From: Octopus vulgaris
Taxonomy: Eukaryota
DNA: 64,000 nt
Direction: 5' to 3'
Assembly: GCA_951406725.2 (NCBI GenBank)
Contig: OX597830.1
Coordinates: forward strand, 66,278,001-66,342,000
Part shown: positions 14,152 to 27,542 of the stretch, one piece after another
How the letters are laid out: every line of letters begins with the position of its first letter
How positions within the stretch are numbered: the stretch's first letter is position 1
The notes under the pieces: generated by a model
What the model saw: the letters and a program-made list of their open reading frames with translations, nothing else
Databases searched by the model: none
Told to the model about the DNA's origin: nothing
Made by a program: the position numbers and the translations under genes

Positions 14152-14550
14152 AAAGGCGGTGAGCTGGCAGAAACGTTAGCACGCCAGGTGAAATGCTTAG
14201 TGGTATTTCGTCTGCCGCTACGTTCTGAGTTCAAATTCTGCTGAGGTCAACTTTGCCTTTCATCATTTCAGGGTTGATAAATTAAGTACCAGTTACGCAC
14301 TGGGGTCGATATAATTGACTTAATCCATTTGTCTGTCCTTGTTTGTCCTCTCTATGTTTAGCCCCTTGTGGGCAGTAAAGAAATAGGTATTTCGTCTGCC
14401 GCTATGTTCTGAGTTCAAATTCCGCCGAGGTCGACTTTCATCCTTTTGGGGTCAATTAAATAAGTACCAGTTATGCACTGGGGTCGATATAATCGACTTA
14501 ATCTGTTTGTTCCCTCTGTGTGTAGCCCCTTGTGGGTAGTGAAGAAATAA
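14152..14550 (+). mobile_element. SINE family B tandem dimer
   Basis: Full copy followed directly by a 5'-truncated copy. Confidence 0.85.
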
Positions 14551-14814
14551 GACCTTTGGCATTATGTCGTGCTTGAGGAGAAGACCCATCAAGCCAAGCA
14601 AAATTGTAGTCATGGCAGATACCGGTGTCACGCAACTGGCACCTGTGCCAGTGACACGTAAAAGCACCCGTTACACTCTCGGAGTGGTTGGCATTAGGAA
14701 GAGTACCCAACCATAGAAAACCATGCCAAATCAGTCTGGAGCCTGGTGCAGTCTTCCAGCGTGCCAACCTAGTCAAACCGTCCAACCCATGCCAGGATGG
14801 ACAACAGACATTAA

Positions 14815-14848
<34 letters not shown>

Positions 14849-15032
14849 CATACATGTATGTGTATGTATTTTCATGTGTATATTCAAGACAGCTGCAGCT
14901 TGATTTTGAGCTATACCATCACTTGATCAAGCTTTTAAACATAAGTAGCATGAATGTTGCTTTTCAATCCTGTTAGGGCTCTGATCTTTTTTGCATTGTT
15001 ATGAAAGTGGAGGACCTTTTTGCAGCAGATGT

Positions 15033-15779
15033 TTAATCCTTTAGCATTTAAACTGGCAATATCTGGCTCAATCAGATATTCTACCAGTTTTATGCTCAAA
15101 TTGGCCAAATACAGTCCCTTACACCTGCCTTGCAATGTCATACTAAAAGTAAACAATCACAGCATTTGAAATCTCAAAGCTATGAGATAATGCATACCAT
15201 AAATCCTTGAGTATAGTCCGCCCTTGATATAATACGCAGGGGATTTTTAGGGGGCTGTACCTCCGAAAAACCTAAACTTTGTGTATAATATGCACCCCTT
15301 TTCTAACTTGAGTCAAGGAGGTCTATATAACATCTTTGGTTTGTAAAAATGTATACGGTAATGTCCTTTATTATTATTATACATTTAACATAATGCAAAC
15401 GTGTAGCATTTTTGTGCATTTTGTTTGCAGAAAATAAAGAAATAACTGTAATAACGTTTAATAAATGTTGCTTACTGCAAGTTATGGATGATTCTTTTAT
15501 GACTTCATTGCTTTCAGGCTTAGCTTAAGGCATTTTCGCGCCCGACATCACAAAATGCGTCTGAATGAACATTGTGAGACAGCAAATAGAGACTTGAACA
15601 TTGCTTAGAAAATAATTTTCATTTTTAACCTCGTGTATAATACGCACTAGGGATTTTGACCTTTAAATTTTGGGGAAAAAAATGCGGATTATACTCGAGG
15701 ATTTACAGTAATTAATTTTTTAAAATGTGATTAAATAAGCATTACATTTAACTGAATAAGCTGAATAATAAAGGGTTAA
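15033..15779. mobile_element. Older copy of the piggyBac-like MITE, interrupted by a nested insertion
   Basis: ttaatcctttagc...aaagggttaa ends; both halves align by eye to 44743-44969. Confidence 0.7.
15197..15708. mobile_element. Tc1/mariner-pogo-like MITE
   Basis: TA TSD. TIR ccataaatccttgagtatagtccgc vs right-end reverse complement ctgtaaatcctcgagtataatccgc. Confidence 0.8.
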
Positions 15780-15902
15780 AAGGCATGTAGATACATGCCT
15801 TCATTTCATTAAGGAATTTTTCATTTAAAATTTTGCCTTTCTTGACATACATACATACATACATACATACATACAAATATTCATACATTATTGATCTATC
15901 TA

Positions 15903-15945
<43 letters not shown>

Positions 15946-15985
15946 GCATGTGTGTGTATGTATATGCATATAGATGTATATAATG

Positions 15986-16236
15986 TCTTTTATCTTTTAT
16001 CTTCTACTTGTTACAGTCATTTGACTGCGGTCATGCTGGGGCATTGCCTCGAATGGTTAGAATCAAACATATCGATCTCAAGACTTATTTTTTTAAAGCC
16101 TATTACCTATTTTATCAGTATCTTTTGCTGAACCGCTAAGTTACTGGGATGTAAACACACCAGCACCATTTATCAAGCTGTGCTGGAGGACAAACAGACA
16201 CAAACACACACACACATATATATATGTGTGTGTGTG

Positions 16237-16273
<37 letters not shown>

Positions 16274-16428
16274 TATGGGCTTCTTTCAATTTCCGTTTTC
16301 CAAGCCCACTCACAAAGCTTTGGTTGGCTTCAGACAACAGTAGAAGATACTTACCCAAGGTGCCATGCAGTGGGACTGAACCCAGAGCCATGAGGTTAGG
16401 TAGCAAGCCTTTTACCTCACAGCCATAC
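15986..16428 (-). mobile_element. SINE family A (diverged)
   Basis: Homologous to 1641-2051. Confidence 0.8.
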
Positions 16429-16444
16429 CATCAGCTATGTATAT

Positions 16445-16483
<39 letters not shown>

Positions 16484-16551
16484 TGTATATGTATGAATGT
16501 GTGTGTGTGTTTAGGTAGGTGTGTACACACACACACACACACACACACTTA

Positions 16552-17050
16552 CACATCGGAGACTACAAGACTGTCGCCTTGTCCATGGTATCTTCCCACT
16601 TCACATCATCCTGCCAAACGTTTCTCTTCTCTGATAAGCTTCACAGCATGTTACTCAGGACATATCCTGTTACTATTTTCAGATCCTTGAATGAGGTTGG
16701 ACAAAGAATGTTGTGTAGAAGCCGTTTGAAATTTAAAAAAAAAAAGAGAAAAAGAAAAAAAACAAAAACGCACAGGAAACAAATAATCATGCTTTGTTGT
16801 GGAGAGGCATTGTGTGAACATAATCCAATACTTCACTCAATTGGATGTCAGATTATCCAGGGATTATTCCACCTTGCTTTCTTTGCTGAAATATCTTTCC
16901 TCCTTGTTTCCAGGTCAGAGCGAAGCTGTTAGGTGTGGCTGATTGGACCTTAGCAATTTGGCATTGCTGTGTAGACATTGAACCTGTTTTGGCAACAGTT
17001 CTTTTTTGACTCAGGAGTCAAACACAATCATGGATGTACTCACAGAAATC
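16552..17050 (-). pseudogene. Decayed Helitron Rep/helicase coding fragment
   Basis: Minus-strand translation with stops and frameshifts: TWKQGGKIFQQRKQGGIIPG*SDIQLSEVLDYVHT...RLLHNILCPTSFKDLKIVTG...QDDVKWEDTMDKAT. This resembles the Helitron motif RLLL....GPTSFEDL.TV.G...LL.DD.EW. Confidence 0.7.
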
Positions 17051-17104
17051 TACACAGCAGGAATAAGAAATTAGAATAACAATGGAATAAACAATTATGT
17101 TTGA

Positions 17105-17186
17105 AGCTCTGATGAAGCTATAAGTTGATACCATGCACTCATTCAACTATGAGTGTATTGCATCTTAGCAGAAACAGCTGTAAGCT
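17105..17186 (+). ncRNA. Type-I hammerhead ribozyme, canonical core, long stem II
   Basis: agct-CTGATGA-a-gcta...atgcactcat(tcaact)atgagtgtat...tagc-a-GAAA-cagctg-TA-agct; palindromic stem III ACAGCTGT. Confidence 0.8.
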
Positions 17187-17647
17187 AATGAAGCTCATAA
17201 TATTATTGTTTATTCCATTATCATTCTAATTCTTTGTTAGGAAGGGCATCCTGGCGTTAGAAAGGGCATCCAGCTGTAGAAACACTGCCTGATCAGACTG
17301 GAGCCTGGTGCAGCCTCCTGGCTTCCCAGATCCCAGTCGAACCGTCCAACTCATGCTAGCATGGAAAACAGACGTTAAACGATAATGATAATGATGATGA
17401 TGCTCTGTAGTCAACTGGTGCTTTACTCTGAAGCATATTGATTATAATATCAGGTTGTTAGTATTTCTATGCCTCAGTGAAATATTGAAATATACACATA
17501 TATACACAGTGAAAGTGAGAAAGGGGGTGGAGGGAGAGAGAGAGAGAGAGAGAGATTTATAAATTATACATAATACAAATGCATTCCCTCTCTTCATATT
17601 CATAAAGTGAAATATCCTTACCCACATAAACAGACATGGAGAGAAAA

Positions 17648-17713
<66 letters not shown>

Positions 17714-18110
17714 AAAGATTAAATCATCTGATCTCAAATAAGTCTGCCGCTAAATCAGAGATGCCAAATAGGTGGCACCAAAAACGTCTCATACTCATAC
17801 CAGGTATAATATGGGGACACACCATAGTTAAGGTGATATTTAGCAAAAAGCTATCATGTTTGCACTATTCAAAGAATTCAGTTAATTTTTTTTCCTAGGT
17901 GGAGGCTGTGCTTGCTGTAGATCACTTTCTTCTGTGGAGTTCACTGTTTGCCCATTATTCAAAACAGACTCTCAGATGCTTGGCACAGGGATGGTGATCA
18001 GTGGCATATGGTGGTTGTTGTATCGGGTCAGCTGCCGCACTGAATGCCACCAAATTTCGAGTAGGGGTTAGAACAAAAGTGATCCATTAAGATTTGTAAT
18101 TAAATTAACG

Positions 18111-18258
18111 AGTGGCTGTGTGGTAAGTAGCTTGTTTACCAACCACATGGTTCCGGGTTCAGTCCCACTGTGTGGCATCTTGCTATAGCCCTGGGCCGAC
18201 CAGTGCCTTGTGAGTGGATTTGGTAGATGGAAACTGAAAGAAGCCTGTCGTATATATG

Positions 18259-18289
<31 letters not shown>

Positions 18290-18512
18290 TTGTGTATCTG
18301 TGTTTGTCCCCCTAGCATTGCTTGACAACCGATGCTGGTGTGTTTACGTCCCCGTCACTTAGTGGTTTGGCAAAAGAGACCAATAGAATAAATACTGGGC
18401 TTACAAAGAATAAGTCCCAGGGTCGATTTTCTCGACTAAAGGCGGTGCTCCAGCATGGCCGCAGTCAAATGACTGAAACAAGTAAAATAGAAAAGAGAAA
18501 GAGAAAGAGAGA
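18111..18512 (+). mobile_element. SINE family A
   Basis: Homologous to 1641-2051. Confidence 0.9.
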
Positions 18513-19053
18513 GTAAGGTCAATATTAATAATGAATTTGCCATTTTTGATGGGTGTGCAGTGCATACAAGGCACACCTGGAATATACACCCTTGATGATG
18601 ATCATGAACAAGAAGTTTAGGAATGATATCACTTAGCCTTATTAGTGCTGATATCACAACCTGTCTAAAACGGATACCTCATCATATTTTAGTCCTTCTA
18701 ACTGTTACCAAAATACTGCCAGATAATTGTGGATTGATACACAATAAACTAGAAAATTGTATTTATTATTTTTCATTTGGCCATTTACCACTTGTGCTGC
18801 AGGAGGAATAAGGTGGTTGTTTTTTAGTGTCATTTGGTATCTATCTCTAGCATGTCGGAATGGTTATTCTGATCCCTTTAATATAATTACGTATATAATT
18901 ATAAATTTAGTACATAAAATTACCTGCAAGGTTTTTTATTTTATGCTGACCACTTGATAAAATCACGAAAGTGATCTTATCCTTAATTCTATAAAGAATT
19001 ATTGCTAGCCACTACACATTCTTTATTTTATCTCCTTGTTTCTTTCTGTGTTC

Positions 19054-19089
19054 CTTTCTGTGGAAGAGCGTAGGCTCAAAATGTTAAAG
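19054..19089 (+). ncRNA. Hammerhead-like motif of the CTGTNGA family (decayed)
   Basis: cttt-CTGTGGA-a-gagc(gtag)gctc-AAAA-tg-TT-aaag; flanks homologous to 57940-58100. Confidence 0.45.
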
Positions 19090-19170
19090 ACTTTTTCACT
19101 TCCTGAGCGTTATACTAATATATCTGTTTGTTGTCTTCACCACCTGTCTTCGTCTTTTGTTTTTTTGTGA

Positions 19171-19221
<51 letters not shown>

Positions 19222-19288
19222 AAAGAAAAAGAAAATGGACATTGGGAAGTTAATAATTGTTTATTATTAACACCAAATTAGTCAGCAT

Positions 19289-19360
19289 CTCTTACAGCTG
19301 TTTCAATTAATATTTAGCAAATATTAAATTTATATGACCTGAGCATCATATCTTCAGAGG
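19289..19360 (-). ncRNA. Hammerhead-like motif with branched stem II
   Basis: Minus strand: cct-CTGAAGA-tatga..tcata..ttaatattt(gct)aaatattaa-tt-GAAA-cagctg-TA-aga. Stem I is weak. Confidence 0.65.
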
Positions 19361-19559
19361 TAAAAAAAATATACCCTTGGATGTTTTATATCTGTTTATG
19401 GATTCATTTCTCTGCATGGGATTAACACAACCCCTAATTGAAGTATATATATATACCGGAGTAAACACATAAATGTGAAACAAGGTGGAAAAAAGAGTAC
19501 TCAAATGCCAGTGGTAGAGTAATATGCTTTATTTTAAGCAGTAGAAAATTCAACAAAAC

Positions 19560-19597
19560 CTGTTACTCTGAGTTTCGCGTTGCCGTTCATCGGACAG
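19560..19597 (-). ncRNA. Minimal hammerhead (CCGATGA variant)
   Basis: Minus strand: ctgt-CCGATGA-acggcaacgc-GAAA-ctcagag-TA-acag. Confidence 0.7.
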
Positions 19598-19632
19598 TTT
19601 TTGCTAGAATATATATATATATATTGTTTTTG

Positions 19633-19679
<47 letters not shown>

Positions 19680-19873
19680 TATATATATATATGTATATAA
19701 ATACAAAATGGGACAAGAATGCAAAACATCTGGACAAAGAGGACAACAAAACATCCAGATAGACATATATGAGCTTCTTTGGTTGGCCTGAGACTATAGT
19801 AGAGACACTTACCCAAGGTGTCACGCAGAACCATGTTGGTTGGGAAGCAAGCTTCTTACTACACTGCCATACC

Positions 19874-19912
<39 letters not shown>

Positions 19913-20157
19913 TAATATTCTGACGAAATACTCAGGCAAAAAGATTGTATCTGCATTGGGCACTCAGATCACTGGCATAGCTAGGGTTTGTGCCATCCAG
20001 AGCAGCCCTTCAGCTTGTTGCTCCACCATGGTGTCCCCGAGTCTATAGAGGCTTATGCAGCAAAACCTAATAAGGTATCACCCAGCATGGACTGCTCTGT
20101 CCTACTCCTCACCCTTACTCCCAACTACTCTACTGTATTTCACCTGGTATAAGATGC

Positions 20158-20390
20158 AAGGTGGAGAGCTGGCAGAAACGTTAGCACACCGGGCGAAATG
20201 CTTAGCGGTATTTCGTCTGCATTACGTTGTGAGTTCAAATTCCGCCGAGGTCGACTTTGCCTTTCATCCTTTCGGGGTCGATAAATTAAGTACCAGTTAT
20301 GCACTGGGGTCGATGTAATCGACTTAATACCTATGTCTGTCCTTGTTTATCCCCTCTGTGTTTAGCCCCTTGTGGGTAATAAAGAAATTG
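20158..20390 (+). mobile_element. SINE family B
   Basis: Full copy, flanked by ggtataagat on both sides. Confidence 0.9.
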
Positions 20391-21183
20391 GTATAAGATC
20401 TGTTTTTATCTCCAGTTATGTGGAGTTGCCGGTGAACGGGATGAACAGATCAGGTCTGTCATTTGGGAATATGTCATGGCATCCAGTGTATTCATATATG
20501 TAATTACAGACATCTTGTATCTATGCAATTGCCCAGTTTTGATAGAACAACCAACGTTGGCAACTGATTACATATAGGCACAATTTAGTGTTTAGGGTGT
20601 TGGACTCGTGATCGTAAGATTGTGGTTTTGATTCCTGGACTATTGTGTTCTTGTGCATACCACTTCATTGAACATTGCTCCGGTCCACCCAGCTGGCAAA
20701 AATGAATAATCCTGTGATGGACCAGCATCCTGTCCAGGTGGGGAATATAAATGCCATAGAAACTGAGAAACTGGTCCTTGTGAGTCAATATAACTCGAGA
20801 AGGTAACTTTTTACTTTGTTTTCCCAACTTTATGTATAAATAAAAATATATATATAACTGTGTGGTAAGAAGCTTGCTTCCCAACCACATGGTTCTGGGT
20901 TCATTTCCACTGCATGGCACTTTAGGCAAATGCCTTCTAATATAGCTCTGGGCTGACTAAAGCCCTGTGAGTTGGTAGATGGAAACTGAAAGAAGCTTGT
21001 CTCACATACACACACACATGAATACATTTGAGCCTATAAGGTGTTACCAGGCATTCAACTTCTAGTTTATTACATCTTATAGCAGAAAAAGGTGTAAGCT
21101 AATGAAGTTAATAAGATGATTGTGTATTCCTTTGTCATCTCTCCTTTATGTATATATTTATATATACACACACAAACATGTGC

Positions 21184-21317
<134 letters not shown>

Positions 21318-21457
21318 CAACTTATTTCGGCATATTTGGCATTAAAATTTTTTCGTTTGCCCTTATTTATAAGTTGTTTATAATTTTAATCTTTAAAGGT
21401 ATCTTTTAATATGCTGGCCATTGATAAAATTTTTTTCGAAAACATTTTATCCTACAT

Positions 21458-21525
<68 letters not shown>

Positions 21526-21532
21526 TTATTTA

Positions 21533-21850
21533 TATCAAGATGTAGGACAAGATACTGCAATAGCCTGGGCTTCAGAGGTCCACAGCTCTTCAATATCCTC
21601 CCGAAGGACCTGAGAGACCTGCATGGGATAGATGTAGGTGTCTTCAAAATAAATCTGGACCTCTTCCTGTCAAGTGTCCCAGATGAACCAACTTCGCGAC
21701 AGAAGGTGCAGATGAGGGCAGCTCCATCAAACTCTCTCATGCACCAAATGTCAATTGCTAAAAAGCGTTCATGAAGTAAAATTATGTAGCAACAGCAAAT
21801 GGCGGTGCCCCAGCATGGCCACAGCTCGTGAGCTGAAACTAGATAAAATA
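21533..21850 (+). mobile_element. CR1/L2-group LINE 3' end (ORF2 C-terminus + 3' UTR)
   Basis: NSLGFRGPQLFNILPKDLR...FKINLDLFLSSVPDEP...RAAPSNSL. 3' tail ggcggtgccccagcatggccacagc...gctgaaac. Confidence 0.75.
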
Positions 21851-21877
21851 TTAAAAAATGTAATACACACACATGAA

Positions 21878-21932
<55 letters not shown>

Positions 21933-22251
21933 TACAGGACATTTTCATTTTCCTTTGCATTTCTCCATGTCCGTCTGTCTTGCGGCCGCACAGCTATTTT
22001 TGTTGTATATGTATGCTTTATTTTGCCGTGTTTGTTTGTTTTTGTCATTGTCTTGTATATTTGTTAGCTATTCCGAGTGTTTTTTTTTTTGCCACTGGCG
22101 CCACCAAAAGTGAACAATATCAACGTTAAAGGCATGAAATTGTAATGATGTTTTGGATGTTGACTGATGAAGAGTAAATAAGCTACGATTTTTCTGTTAT
22201 GTTTTTTCAATACTTCCGTTTCTTATATTTTTGTTAAATTTTTGATATCTG

Positions 22252-22360
<109 letters not shown>

Positions 22361-22464
22361 ATACATTTATATATATACATATATAAATATATAGAGATCG
22401 CGTATACGGATATATATATATATCCGCACATGCTTATATAGCGTTTATGTACATACATAGTCCA

Positions 22465-22857
22465 TGTGGCTGTGTGGTAAGTAGCTTGCTAACCAACCAC
22501 ATGGTTCCGGGTTCAGTCCCACTGCGTGGCATCTTGGGCAAGTGTCTTCTGCTATAGCCCCGGGCCGACCAATGCCTTGTGAGTGGATTTGGTAGACGGA
22601 AACTGAAAGAAGCCTGTCGTATATATATATATATATATATATGTGTGTTTGTGTGTCCGTGTTTGTCTCCCTAGCATTGCTTGACAACCGATGCTAGTGT
22701 GTTTACGTCCCCGTCACTTAGCGGTTCAGCAAAAGAGACCGATAGAATAAGTACTGGACTTACAAAGAATAAGTCCCGGGGTCGATTTGCTCGACTAAAG
22801 GCGGTGCTCCGGCATGGCCGCAGTCAAATGACTGAAACAAGTAAAAGAGTAAAAGAG
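22465..22857 (+). mobile_element. SINE family A
   Basis: Homologous to 1641-2051, with CpGs retained. Confidence 0.9.
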
Positions 22858-22921
22858 TATATTAATACATGTATATGGAAACGTTCTTATACTCATGTAT
22901 ATACATACTTGATCACATACA

Positions 22922-22955
<34 letters not shown>

Positions 22956-23117
22956 GGGGTGGGGGTATGTGTGGGGGTGCGTCTGTGCGTGTATACATGT
23001 ATGTATACGCGTATTTGCAAGTGTGTGTGTGTGTATGTTTTTCTATAGTAAAAGAAGACAGGATGTAATAAATCAAGAAATATTGGTTATAAGGAAGTGA
23101 AGAAATGAAGGAGGAGC

Positions 23118-23150
<33 letters not shown>

Positions 23151-23651
23151 GTATGTGTGTGTGTGTATGTATATATGTACGTATGTGTGTGTGTGTATGT
23201 ATACACACACACACACACATACATTCATATCTACACACATGCATACATCCATATACACATATCGTAGGTGCAGAGAAAGAGGGAGGGAAGGAGGGTGAGA
23301 GGGGGAAAAGAAAGTGTCGGATTGTTACAGTAATATGTGAATGAGCAAATTTTGGATAGAATAGTCTGATTTTTTTTTGGAGAGGATGTAAGAATTCTAT
23401 AGAGTAAGTAATCATCGACAATTACTTTACTTATCAATAATAATTTCTCTCTCTCTCTTTCTCTCTCTCTGTTTTCTTATCAATCGCAAGTTTATCTTTC
23501 TCTGTAATCAGAGCCGCTCTAAGACTGTCCAAAAACCGCTTTGCCTTGCCTTAATTTTGTTCTTTCACATAGGCGCTACTTGTTTTGTATAAATATATAA
23601 ATATAGGTGATGAAAAAACGTTATGGAATTACCTCACTTATTTAAAAATAA

Positions 23652-23698
<47 letters not shown>

Positions 23699-24460
23699 AA
23701 CAGCCGAAATCTGCGATGAGGGATCAGTTTTTGACTGAAGAATGAAGGCTTTGAATGACCCGTCTGTCTTTTTGTTCGTCCCTTCGTGTATTTCACGTTA
23801 TTTATTTATGTAAAGGTTTATTATATATATATATATAATATGTCAATTTGTCTGATACCGCTTGAGCAGATCCTATTTCGTATGTGCGCCCACCCATCCT
23901 TATTACTCTGATAGTCGAAGCAGTTTATGTTCTGAAAAACCTATCTATCTATTCGTCCGTCGAGTTGCTCCGTGTGTGAGTGAGTGAGTGAGAGTGTTTG
24001 TGTGTGTGCATATGTGATCTATATATGTGTGTGTATATAAATATATATATATATATGTATGTATACACACACAGACACGCACGCACATACATAATTCTTT
24101 CGGATACCGTTCGTCTAATACTCGCACTTTGGCACGGGCACTCATACACACACGCTCTCACCTATATATGTATGTGATTTTTATCCGTTTTCGACACGTA
24201 TATACATATACTTATATCCATATATTTATTTAGACGATACACACTTTCACGCGCGCACAAACATATATCAAAGAAGTACTTTGAAATTTTATACTTGCCT
24301 TGTATGTTTACATAATCACACACACACACACACGCACAGAGTTTTGTTTTAGCCATCATAAGCTTCGTTAAATTTACAGGACTGTCACATTTCGGTCTTC
24401 GTTTCTGTATTTCCTTCTCAGCGAAAGCCGTTTATATTGGCCAGTTCCCGTTTTCAGGCC

Positions 24461-24512
<52 letters not shown>

Positions 24513-24914
24513 ATAAACGACTCTCGCTAAAAGTACTTAGTCATGATTATTCCATTACTGAAATTAACAGATTTTACCATAAGATAGTTTTCTTGTCCGT
24601 TGCTGACTTCACAGAGAGAGACTTCCCGCCGCCCCATTTACATTACTGAAAAACACCCTCAGCCGTCGTCAAAACAGTATTAGAAACATCAGCTATCCAA
24701 ACTGTTGAAAAGTTGCTTTAGCTTTCATTAATTTTTGTTTTTTTCTTCCCATTTTCTCCTGAGAAAGAATCGAGATTCCACAGAGGACCGTTATTCTTGT
24801 CCACGGGAGAAATTTTCATTTTATTTTATTGTATTTGTTTATTTGCAGTATAACTTTTTAAAATGCAAAGAAAAAAAATCAACAAACAGTTGCGCTGTTC
24901 GTTTACATACATAC

Positions 24915-24967
<53 letters not shown>

Positions 24968-25027
24968 GTACGTACACAAACATACATCTATACAAGGGAC
25001 ATTCGCCGTCAACATTCGGAACTTCCC

Positions 25028-25067
<40 letters not shown>

Positions 25068-25834
25068 GCACATATATTCCCATTATATATACATACAAAA
25101 ACTTCATATTTAAATTAATAAACAGTTGTTTAATATTTTTTTAAATATTAATATTTATTAAAATAGTTTGTTTTAATTACTTTAACTATTGTTTTATTGT
25201 TCTTAACTGAAATGTAACACTTTTTCCTGTGAAGTTTTTTTTCTTCCGTAGCCAATTTTTTTTGTGACTTAATTTCCGTTCACACATCCATGCTCACACT
25301 CATATGTGCATTTTTCCCTATTGAAACGTAATATAATTTTCTTTCGTTAATTCTGTGGAAATAAGATTTTGATCACTGTCATTTAGCTATATTTTTCATG
25401 TGTTGTTAATGTTTAGTTATTGTTTAAGCGTGTTTTGTCTGTTGTTCGGTTATATTATGTCTGTCGAGTTAACAAACTTAAATCGTTTTATCAAACTCTA
25501 CAAACACACACACACGTCACTGTTATTAATTCCAGTTTCCACAGAATTTAATAAAAAAATGCGAGAAAAGTATTTTATTACGTGTAACGTAAAGGTACTT
25601 AGATTAAAATGCTTCTCAATCATTGTTCCATGGGGAAAATATGCGTATTCATTCACTATGCTTTTAAATTCAAAAGGAAAATCTTTTAAAATGCTGTCTT
25701 CGAACAACAAAAAAGTTCTTTTACTACGCTTTAATAGCAAATACACACACACACACACACACACATATGAGTGTGTTTTCGTAACCAACAGAAAGAGAAC
25801 TTAATTCATACGTATCTTATTTACTGGCTGTGGA

Positions 25835-26130
25835 ACTACGTGACTTAGGGACCCGGAGTTTCGCGCCAAAGCACCTGTCGAGTGTTTGACAAGTGCCTTG
25901 GTCCGGAACCAGTCAAAAGATCATTATATTTATGTGTGTATGTGTGTGTGTGTGTGTACGCATAGGCTCGTTTGTACGGTCGTTATTCTTGCATTGTAAT
26001 TATTTCGGCTCTTATTATACTTAATTTCCTTCTTCTCCAAAGTATTTCGATTCAACCATGCGTTTCGCGTCTTTTTATTGGTTGCTCCCCACTTTCCGCT
26101 GTTTAATCGTACATTTCTCTGGCGCACGGG
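25835..26130. promoter_or_regulatory. Candidate promoter: E2F site plus ETS-like, CCAAT and ACGTG motifs in unique CpG-retaining DNA
   Basis: TTTCGCGCCAAA at 25859-25870, tacgtgac, ccggaa, attggtt, and a second tttcgcg at ~26063. Confidence 0.4.
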
Positions 26131-27542
26131 TGCATTTCTTTTTCAGTTTGTTTACTCGTATGTTAACCTTATATTCGCAACTTGCTAACCATCAACAAAT
26201 CATGACCTTTTATTATGTGACACAAATAAATCGTATACTTTCAACTAATTATATGTACACAATATAATGCCACGCTTCATAAAGCATTAAAGCAAATGGT
26301 TAGCAAGTGAAAGATAAGATTTCCTTCCACTCACACAGACAAATACTCATGGCTTTATTAGGACACCAGTTCTATCATTTTACGTTCACCGTTGCATATT
26401 TGGTTGGTAGTGTCTTTTCGGGTCGAAGTTAATCATGCTTAATTTCAAAAAGTATACACACACTTCGTTTACTTTATATCCAGTTATTTCCCCATCGATA
26501 TTCACACTTTGCAAACATTGTTAATAGCTGATGGCAGCTTGTAAGAAGCGACTGATTTCAAGAAAACTTTTGAAATAATTCGAATTGACACCAAACAAAC
26601 TTCTACGATATAAGTTACTTAGAATTTGTGCTTGCATTTTACATTAATTTCCTTTTGATGCATTTCCGCGTTTAAAAAAATTACAAAATCAACCGCAAAA
26701 AAAAAAAGGTTTTTCTCAATTACCGTTATACTTTTAAGAAGCTTCGTTTAGTAGTTTTGAAAACAAAAAATATTTTTTCATTTGTTTATTGTTAATTACT
26801 ATCAACCACTCCTCTCTCTGATGTCATCTGTTTTTGTACATCCTATCTTACGATAACTACAACAAACTAGGTTTATCGTCTATAATGTTCAACAACTCTA
26901 TAGTGAAAATCAATATCATCGAAGTCTGTATATAAAACGTGTCGGTTGAAGAAGACACGTGCTTCGCTTCCATTGACAACTAAATTTGACAATTTGCCTT
27001 CGTTCACTCCCACCCAGTCAGTCTAATTCAGATTCCAATACCTTCATATTTGTTGTTTTGTTTTTCGTTTCTCTAAATCCGATTACATAAACAAGTACCA
27101 GTAATACACCAGGGTGGGCTCAGTTGACTATCCTCATTCTGCAAATACTGGATTGGTTTTTTTTTTTATAATAAAGAAATCGTTAGTTGCTATTAATTAG
27201 ACCCAGGTCAACCCTGCTCGAGCAAACCAGTTTGAACGATTACCCAGAGGGTTTCCTTGATGTTTTTAGTTCCAGGAATCACAACTAGTAGTAGTTCTTA
27301 TTATAAGGAAACGGCGAGTTCTTCACTCCACAAGAAATGTTAGAGTGCCGTTTCTTAAATTTCACAGCAGTATTATTTATTCGTTCCAAGTTCGCATCCT
27401 GTGCTTATGAGAGAGGATTTTGGATATAATATTTAACACGGAAACTGTCATTAGTAAAAAAAAAACAGAACACAAATTAAAAACAGAATTATATAACAAA
27501 CGGTAGCTACAGTTGTGTGTGTAACTGATTTTTATATTACAG

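Noticed and set aside
17899-18070. Possible coding exon after ttttcctag
   Set aside because: The frames I checked contain stops, no clear donor follows, and no protein motif is recognisable.
23695-23822. (TA)n-flanked unit with CTGAAGA (similar weak cases at ~22166 and ~48661)
   Set aside because: The context resembles the HHR units but GAAA and stem III cannot be placed, so it was not counted.
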